This document shows positions 26,904 through 33,335 of a stretch of 33,335 nucleotides of DNA, one piece after another. The notes below the pieces were generated by a model. That model had not been told where the DNA came from. It saw only the letters and a list, made by a program, of their open reading frames with translations, and did no database searches. Source of the stretch: Candidatus Micrarchaeota archaeon (GTDB lineage Archaea > Micrarchaeota > Micrarchaeia > Anstonellales > Bilamarchaeaceae); assembly GCA_018304385.1 (NCBI GenBank), contig JAGVWJ010000001.1, forward strand, positions 4,750 to 38,084, written 5' to 3'. The translations under genes and the position numbers were made by a program. Within the stretch, counting starts at the first letter, position 1. Each line of letters opens with the position of its first letter.

Positions 26904-27404
26904 ATGCCAAGCTATGTAAAATTTGAAACTCCAAAAGAATTAGTGCCAAATATCTTAGATATGCTATCAGTAGCAAAAGATAATGGCAAATTAAAAAAAG
27001 GAGTAAATGAAACAACAAAAAGCATTGAACGCAAGCAAGCACAATTTGTTGTTATTGCAGAGGATGTTTCTCCTGAAGAGGTAGTTGTACACTTACCAAT
27101 GCTTTGCGAAGAAAACGGAATCCCTTATGCGTATATACCAACAAAGGTTGATTTAGGGAAATCAGTAGGTATTGAAGTAGGTACCTCCTCAATCGCAGTT
27201 GAGAATGCAGGTGGTGCAGGAGAGAAATTACAAGATATATTAAAGAGATTACCAAAACATGCTCCAGTACACAAGGCAGTTGCGCCAGTAGCACATGCAA
27301 AACCAGCTGAGAAACCAGCACATCCGCAACCGCACGCAAAGCCTGATGAAAAACCAGCGCATCATGCAAAAGCAGAAAAACCACACGAAAAAGCTAAAAA
27401 GTGA
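26904..27404 (+). CDS. rpl7ae: Ribosomal protein L7Ae with a His/Pro/Ala/Lys-rich C-terminal tail
   Basis: KKGVNETTKSIER, VVIAEDVSPEEVVVHLP, LGKSVG. Confidence 0.96.
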   Translation: MPSYVKFETPKELVPNILDMLSVAKDNGKLKKGVNETTKSIERKQAQFVVIAEDVSPEEVVVHLPMLCEENGIPYAYIPTKVDLGKSVGIEVGTSSIAVENAGGAGEKLQDILKRLPKHAPVHKAVAPVAHAKPAEKPAHPQPHAKPDEKPAHHAKAEKPHEKAKK

Positions 27405-27409
27405 TCTGA

Positions 27410-27619
27410 ATGGTGGACGACGGTTACGCAGCAGAGGTTGTCGAAGTAAGGACAAAAACTGGAGTTTATGGTGAGATTTATCAAGTTCTTTGCAAAATTC
27501 TCGAAGGCCCAGATACTGGTAGAGTAATACTAAGAAATATCAAAGGTCCTGTAAAAAAAGGAATGATAATAATGCTTCTTGAAACAGAAAGGGAAGCAAA
27601 AGAAATTAAGGCGAAGTAA
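27410..27619 (+). CDS. rps28e: Ribosomal protein S28e
   Basis: [37 protein letters not shown]. Confidence 0.95.
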   Translation: MVDDGYAAEVVEVRTKTGVYGEIYQVLCKILEGPDTGRVILRNIKGPVKKGMIIMLLETEREAKEIKAK

Positions 27620-27635
27620 ATTAAAAGTGGTCGAT

Positions 27636-27842
27636 ATGTCTGCATGCTCATTTTGTAGCGAAAATATTTCAAAAGGAACAGGTGTATTATTTGCTAAAAA
27701 AGATGGTACACTTTTTTACTTTTGCTCAAGTAAATGTAAGAAGAATCAAGAACTAGGAAGAGAAGGGCGCAGACAAAAATGGACTAAGGCATCACAATTA
27801 TTCAAGGAAAGAGAGAAAAAGAAAGCTGCCAAAGCAGGTTAG
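27636..27842 (+). CDS. rpl24e: Ribosomal protein L24e
   Basis: CSFC..I.KGTG...KKDG...FCSSKC.KN; start moved to ATG 27636. Confidence 0.93.
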   Translation: MSACSFCSENISKGTGVLFAKKDGTLFYFCSSKCKKNQELGREGRRQKWTKASQLFKEREKKKAAKAG

Positions 27843-27854
27843 TGGTCTGATTAT

Positions 27855-28322
27855 ATGGGAACTAACGAGCGAACATTAATTCTAATTAAACCAGATGGTA
27901 TCCAACGAGGATTAGTTGGAGAAACTATTGCACGCTTGGAGAAAAAAGGTTTGAAGATCGTTGGAATGAAAATGCTTCACGTAGATAAAGCACTTGCAAA
28001 GGATCATTATTCTCATTTAGTAAGTAAACCATTTTATCCTGATTTAGAAAAATTTATTACTTCTTATCCAGTTGTTGCGACGGTAGTTGAAGGAAAAGAA
28101 GCAGTTGAAGTTGTTCGTTTAATTGTTGGCCCAACAAACGCAACAAAAGCAGAAGGCGGAACAATTCGCGGAGATTTTTCAAATTCTACTTCAAGAAATA
28201 TTATTCATGCTTCAGACAGCAAGGAAACTGCAGAAAAAGAAATTAAACGCTTCTTTAAATCTAGCGAGCTTTTTGATTACAAACTAGTTTTGAATGAATT
28301 TTTATATGCGGGCGATGAATAA
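27855..28322 (+). CDS. ndk: Nucleoside diphosphate kinase
   Basis: ERTLILIKPDGIQRGLVG, GTIRGDF, NIIHASDS. Confidence 0.97.
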   Translation: MGTNERTLILIKPDGIQRGLVGETIARLEKKGLKIVGMKMLHVDKALAKDHYSHLVSKPFYPDLEKFITSYPVVATVVEGKEAVEVVRLIVGPTNATKAEGGTIRGDFSNSTSRNIIHASDSKETAEKEIKRFFKSSELFDYKLVLNEFLYAGDE

Positions 28323-28323
28323 G

Positions 28324-29688
28324 TTAGTTCACAATCACAGCCTTAATATTCACAAATTCTTTAATCCCAAGTTTTGAAAGTTCTCTTCCTATGCCGCTTT
28401 TCTTTATACCGCCAAATGGTAGTCTTGGATCGCTTTTAACCATTGAATTAACTGCAACAAAACCAGCCTGCAGCTCGCGCGCGAACTTTTCAATTTTCTT
28501 CTCATCTTTAGTCCAAACACTCGCGCCTAATCCATATTCAGTAGAATTAGCAATACGTAACGCATCATCATCATCTTTAGCAATTATAAGTGTAGCAACC
28601 GGTCCAAATGTTTCTTCTTGCATTATTTTTTCATTTCCTTTGCATTCAATTACTGTTGGTTCAAAGAAATAACCTCTTCCCTCCAGCTTATGGCCTCCAG
28701 CAAGAACTTTCGCCCCGTCTTTTACTGCTTGTTTAAGTTGTCTTTCTAATGCATCTCTTAGATCATCTCTTGCAAGCGGCCCAACATTTGTAGTCTCATT
28801 AAACGGATCTCCAACTTTTTGCGCTTTAACAAATTCAACAAATTTTTTCTTGAATTGCTCATAAACGTTTCTATGAACTATAAATCTTTTAGCAGCAATG
28901 CAGCTTTGTCCAGTATTCTGATAGCGCGCTGTAACTGCTGTTTGGCATGCGAATTGCACGTCTGCGTCTTCCAAAACAATAAATGGATCACTTCCACCTA
29001 ATTCAAACACAACCTTCTTTATGTTTTTTCCAGCTAATTCGCCAATTTTTTTGCCAGCTTCAGTGCTTCCTGTAAGTGAAACTCCATCAACTTTTGCAAT
29101 TAACTTGCTTGCGTCCTCGCCGCTAATCAGCAACGTTTTGAAAACATATCCAGGTAATCCAGCTTCTCTAAAGATCTGTTCAATAGCTAACGCACATTGC
29201 GGAACATTGCTTGAGTGCTTAAGAATACAAACATTACCCACAGCCATTGCTGGAACAGCAAATCTAAATACCTGCCAGAATGGAAAATTCCAAGGCATTA
29301 TTCCAAGAATAACACCAAGAGGTTCAAAAGAAATATAACTTTTCTTATTATCAGTCTGTATATTCTCTGGTGCTAAAAATTTCTCTGCATTTTCATAATA
29401 ATACTCGCAAACCAATGCACATTTTTCTGCTTCAGCTACTGCTTGCTTAATTGGTTTGCCCATTTCTTTGGTTATTATCTCTCCGTATTTTCTTGAATTC
29501 GCGCGAAGCACTTCGGCAGTTTTTTTCAAAAATACAATGCGTTCTGCAATGCTTTTTTTACGCCAGGATTCAAATGCTTCTCTGCATTTTTTTAATTCTT
29601 CCTCTGCTTGTTTTTCAGTAAGCATTTCAAATTTGCCATTTAGCTGCTCAGTTGCTGGGTTTATGGAAAGCATATAATTCTTAGGCAT
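28324..29688 (-). CDS. NAD(P)-dependent aldehyde dehydrogenase, succinate-semialdehyde dehydrogenase-like
   Basis: PWNFP, TGST, ELGGSDP, GQSCIA, EETFGP, PFGGIKKSGIGRE. Confidence 0.92.
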   Translation of the reverse strand: MPKNYMLSINPATEQLNGKFEMLTEKQAEEELKKCREAFESWRKKSIAERIVFLKKTAEVLRANSRKYGEIITKEMGKPIKQAVAEAEKCALVCEYYYENAEKFLAPENIQTDNKKSYISFEPLGVILGIMPWNFPFWQVFRFAVPAMAVGNVCILKHSSNVPQCALAIEQIFREAGLPGYVFKTLLISGEDASKLIAKVDGVSLTGSTEAGKKIGELAGKNIKKVVFELGGSDPFIVLEDADVQFACQTAVTARYQNTGQSCIAAKRFIVHRNVYEQFKKKFVEFVKAQKVGDPFNETTNVGPLARDDLRDALERQLKQAVKDGAKVLAGGHKLEGRGYFFEPTVIECKGNEKIMQEETFGPVATLIIAKDDDDALRIANSTEYGLGASVWTKDEKKIEKFARELQAGFVAVNSMVKSDPRLPFGGIKKSGIGRELSKLGIKEFVNIKAVIVN

Positions 29689-29758
29689 TTAGTTCACCCC
29701 ATTAGAATAAATAATAGAAACAAAGAATGTTTATTAATCTTGTTTCCCAATTTACTTT

Positions 29759-30247
29759 ATGCTTCTCCCTAAACACCATATACAATCATCAAATGCAGTC
29801 ACCGATATTATTCACGAATCGCAATTCCAGCCTGCAGGAGTAGATTTAACATTAAAAAGCGTCCACGCATTCAAAAACGCTGGTAAGATTGATTTCGACA
29901 ATAAAGAAAGAAAAATAAGCGATACTGAGCAATTAGAATTCAAAAACGATGAATTGCATTTAGCAAAAGGTGCGTATAAGGTAATCTTTAATGAATATGT
30001 AAGAATTCCAAGCGATGCAGCAGCATTCTGCTATCCAAGAAGCTCGCTTTTGCGCTGCGGCGCAACGCTCGAGTGTGCAGTTTGGGATCCGGGTTACGAG
30101 GGAAGAAGCGAAGCACTATTGATTGTAGCAAACGAGCACGGCATAACTTTTAAAAAGAATGCAAAAATCGGGCAATTAGTTTTTGTTAAGCTTGTCGAAC
30201 CAGCTAAGCAACTATATGAGGGCGTTTATAAAGGAGAGAACAAGTAA
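29759..30247 (+). CDS. dUTPase / dCTP deaminase family protein
   Basis: QPAGVDLT, PRSSLLRCG, WDPGYEGR, IGQLVF. Confidence 0.88.
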   Translation: MLLPKHHIQSSNAVTDIIHESQFQPAGVDLTLKSVHAFKNAGKIDFDNKERKISDTEQLEFKNDELHLAKGAYKVIFNEYVRIPSDAAAFCYPRSSLLRCGATLECAVWDPGYEGRSEALLIVANEHGITFKKNAKIGQLVFVKLVEPAKQLYEGVYKGENK

Positions 30248-30928
30248 ATGGAAGATAGCACTGCAACTATTCCTTATTCTATTTTAGATCGAGACTTTTA
30301 CGTTTTATTAGCTGCATTAACAAAGGCATTTAGTGCAGTTGAATACGGATTAATAATATCAGATGAAATTGCGTTACAGCTTCATTTAATCAGTAGTTAT
30401 CTTAAGAGATTTGGGTTAACCTCAATTGAGCAAGTTGATTTTAATAGAGACTTATTTTCAGCACCTTCTTTTTCTTGTTTAACTGCATCTTACGGTAATA
30501 CGGCTGCTAATTGTTTAACCTCTGTTGAGGCACCAGGGTATTTTAGATTAGGAGATGATCTATATGAAGTTCGTTTTGCAGACTTTAATGCGCATAAACC
30601 AAGATTTCGTCTAATTAAAAATGGAACAGAGATTGGTAATACGGAAGCAAGAATTGATTATTCTAATGATTCAAGGTTGGTTGAATCAGCTAGTACGTTA
30701 GAATTAACAAGAGAAAATCTAGCTATCCACTGTTTAGTCGCTTCACCAGAATATATAATTGCATTAGCACTTTTGAATGATAAATATGAATTAATAAGAA
30801 GAGCAAAGCCAATAATCGATGAATTGGAAAGAGATGGTAGATTCAAATATTACAGACTTGCAAGCATACTAGGAGAAAAAAACAGAGAAAAATTCGTTAG
30901 GTTCTTAGCTAGGGGTATTAGAGTGTAA
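30248..30928 (+). CDS. Hypothetical protein, 226 aa
   Basis: ORF abutting the previous stop codon; no family recognised. Confidence 0.7.
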   Translation: MEDSTATIPYSILDRDFYVLLAALTKAFSAVEYGLIISDEIALQLHLISSYLKRFGLTSIEQVDFNRDLFSAPSFSCLTASYGNTAANCLTSVEAPGYFRLGDDLYEVRFADFNAHKPRFRLIKNGTEIGNTEARIDYSNDSRLVESASTLELTRENLAIHCLVASPEYIIALALLNDKYELIRRAKPIIDELERDGRFKYYRLASILGEKNREKFVRFLARGIRV

Positions 30929-31047
30929 CAGTTTAATTTTTCAGGAAACCGCCAGGCTGCCGACGCAACCATCAGAAGTATATAGGTGTTGCGTCTCACA
31001 AGAAAACATTAGAAATACGATTGATTCATAAGAAAGCTAGAACGATT

Positions 31048-33335
31048 TCAGACTCTTACAGTAGAATCTCCGCTTAGTTGCCAATCCTTTTCCCTTTTGA
31101 ATATAATTGCATTTCCAATTTTCATAAATATTGTATGCAGTACTAGGAATAATAATACAGATTGGGTTATTGTTAGCCAATCTGCAAAACCAAGTGGCTT
31201 TGTTTTGAAAAATTCATTTAAAGGAGTATATAATACTATTAACTGGAGCAATAAAGAGGATACAATTGCAACAGTTAACCATTTGTTAGCTGATATATCA
31301 GTATGATAATAACTCCTCACTAGTTCTACCTTTACCATCTCCTTTACTACAAATAATGTGAATACAATGCTTTGCGCCTTTAGAATATCATTTAAATTAA
31401 CAGAAAAGACAAATAAAATTGGGATAGTAGCAGCCACGCCTAAAGAAAACATAAAATAAACAGAATGCGAATTAATTATTCTATAATTCTTTGAAACTGG
31501 TTTTCTTTTCATTATGTCTTTAGCTGGTGGGTCAACCCCTAATGCTAGCGCAGGCAAACCATCTGTAAGCAAGTTTATCCATAATAACTGTGCAACAGTT
31601 ACTGGAAATCCTAATCCGATTATAGATGCAATAAATATTACCAGTACTTCAGAAAGGTTCGCGCCTAACAAGTAATTTACAAATTTCTTGATATTGTCAG
31701 ATATTCCTCTCCCTTGTTCTATGGCGTTTCTTATACTTATAAAATTATCATCTACTAGTATCATGTCGCTTGCTTCTTTTGCAACCTCTGTGCCGCGAAT
31801 GCCCATTGCTATCCCAACATCACTGTTTTTTATAGCTGGCGCATCATTTACTCCATCCCCAGTCATTGCAACTACATGGTCATTTTCTTTAAGTGCTTTT
31901 AGAATCATTGCCTTGTGTTTTGGGCTTGTTCTTGCATAGATGTCTACTTCTTCAACTAGCTTTTGTAAATCGCCATTACTCAATTTATCTAATCCATCAC
32001 CATTAATGCTTTCTCCACCAAAGCCTAGCTCTTTTCCTATTGCCTCAGCAGTTAATCTATTGTCTCCAGTTATCATTACAACTCTGATGCCAGCGCTTCT
32101 GCAGTCATCAATTGCTTCTCTTACCCCTTCGCGTGGAGGATCAATCATACCCATTAATCCAATAAAAACAAGGTCATCCTCCATCTCTTCCTCAGTCGTT
32201 TTCTTTAACCCTTCCTTATATGCAAATCCTAAAACACGCAATGCACCATTTGCCATTTTGTTATTTTCTGCAATAATTCTTTGCTTATCTTTTTCTGTTA
32301 TTTTTTTAATTTTTCCATTCTCATAAATAGTATTGCATTTTGATAGTACTATCTCTGGTGCACCCTTTAGGTATACATATTTTTTACCTTTAAATTCATT
32401 TGCAGTGCTCATCATCTTTCGTTCAGCAGAGAATGGCACTTCACCTATACGTATATGATTTTTTCTTGTATCATCTAAATTATATCCTGCTTTGTAAGAA
32501 GGAATTAGTACTGCAATTTCTGTTGGGTCTCCCTTGAATTTACCACTCTCTTTATCTACTCTAGCATCATTACAAAGAACAGCGCATCTAAGCAACAATT
32601 CAAATTCCTTATAATCACATTTTTGATCTGCGCAAAGAAAATCACCCTTTGTTTCGTGTCCTTTTCCAGTTACGAACATATGCTTGCCATCATAGAAAAG
32701 ATTTGTAACTGTCATTGTATTCTCAGTTAAGGTTCCGGTTTTATCCGTACATATTATGTCAATTGCTCCTAAATTTTGCACCGTCGCAAGCTTTCGCATT
32801 AATGCATTCTGTTTTGCCATTTTATTTGTTCCAATCGCAAGCGCGAGCGTTACTACTGCTGGCAATCCTTCTGGTATTGCAGCAACTGCCAAACCAACTG
32901 CTGTAAGTATTATTACATCTAACTCTCCTTTATGCAATAGAAGTTCAGTTATAATTATGATCGCAATAATAATGCCCACACCTATTGCGATCTTTTTGCC
33001 TATATCATCTACTTCTATTTGGAATGATGTAACTTTTTCTTCTGCCTCTGCAATTTCCTTTGCGATCTTTCCTATTTCGGTATGAATATTTGTTGCAGTT
33101 ACTATTGCACGACCTTTTCCACGCGTAACCGTAGAAGTCATGTAAACCATATTTCTTCTTTCTGCGAGCGCTGTTTCTGATTTCAATTCTTCGATTTCTT
33201 TATGTACTGGTACGCTTTCGCCAGTTAACGCAGATTCGTCTACGTGTAACGAAATACTTTCAATTACCCTCGCGTCCGCAGGTACTATATCTCCTTCTCG
33301 TAGAATTAGTACGTCTCCGGGTACAACAAGATTAA
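31048..33335 (-). CDS. P-type II cation (Ca2+-like) ATPase, 5'-truncated by the window
   Basis: Frame open to the window end (..GDIVPAD..DESALTGES..), PEGLP, DKTGTLT, KGAPE, MITGD, TGDGVNDAP. Confidence 0.95.
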   Translation of the reverse strand, partial: NLVVPGDVLILREGDIVPADARVIESISLHVDESALTGESVPVHKEIEELKSETALAERRNMVYMTSTVTRGKGRAIVTATNIHTEIGKIAKEIAEAEEKVTSFQIEVDDIGKKIAIGVGIIIAIIIITELLLHKGELDVIILTAVGLAVAAIPEGLPAVVTLALAIGTNKMAKQNALMRKLATVQNLGAIDIICTDKTGTLTENTMTVTNLFYDGKHMFVTGKGHETKGDFLCADQKCDYKEFELLLRCAVLCNDARVDKESGKFKGDPTEIAVLIPSYKAGYNLDDTRKNHIRIGEVPFSAERKMMSTANEFKGKKYVYLKGAPEIVLSKCNTIYENGKIKKITEKDKQRIIAENNKMANGALRVLGFAYKEGLKKTTEEEMEDDLVFIGLMGMIDPPREGVREAIDDCRSAGIRVVMITGDNRLTAEAIGKELGFGGESINGDGLDKLSNGDLQKLVEEVDIYARTSPKHKAMILKALKENDHVVAMTGDGVNDAPAIKNSDVGIAMGIRGTEVAKEASDMILVDDNFISIRNAIEQGRGISDNIKKFVNYLLGANLSEVLVIFIASIIGLGFPVTVAQLLWINLLTDGLPALALGVDPPAKDIMKRKPVSKNYRIINSHSVYFMFSLGVAATIPILFVFSVNLNDILKAQSIVFTLFVVKEMVKVELVRSYYHTDISANKWLTVAIVSSLLLQLIVLYTPLNEFFKTKPLGFADWLTITQSVLLFLVLHTIFMKIGNAIIFKREKDWQLSGDSTVRV

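Noticed and set aside
27579-27635. ORF-track start for L24e
   Set aside because: It overlaps rps28e; the family begins at MSACSFC (27636).
30935-31005. Possible box C/D sRNA on the minus strand
   Set aside because: The C boxes are degenerate and I found no convincing guide match in the 16S.

Overview
Archaeal chromosome segment, AT-rich, most consistent with a DPANN/Micrarchaeota-like lineage. That placement is an inference from the stand-alone archaeal 16S, a multi-intron tRNA and the rpl7ae-rps28e-rpl24e-ndk cluster. The core is a ~16 kb aromatic amino acid biosynthesis region: a TrpY-like regulator divergent from trpEGDCBA (no trpF), a RbgA/YlqF GTPase, then a bacterial-type aroF-aroB-aroD-aroE/K-aroA/C-pheA-tyrA-aminotransferase operon. 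Top finding: an unannotated 21-aa leader ORF (MSNKAKVNNKVFYFFSFSFWY, 14552-14617) precedes the aro operon. It is followed by mutually exclusive hairpins and a hairpin+U7 terminator, which is the architecture of a Phe/Tyr/Trp-sensing ribosome-mediated attenuator, here in an archaeon. Also notable: a 16S gene with five BHB-like micro-introns plus a helix-17 insertion, a tRNA-Ser(GGA) with three introns, and a 57-nt double-hairpin in-frame insertion in trpA. All pairings and alignments were done by eye; nothing was computed or database-searched.
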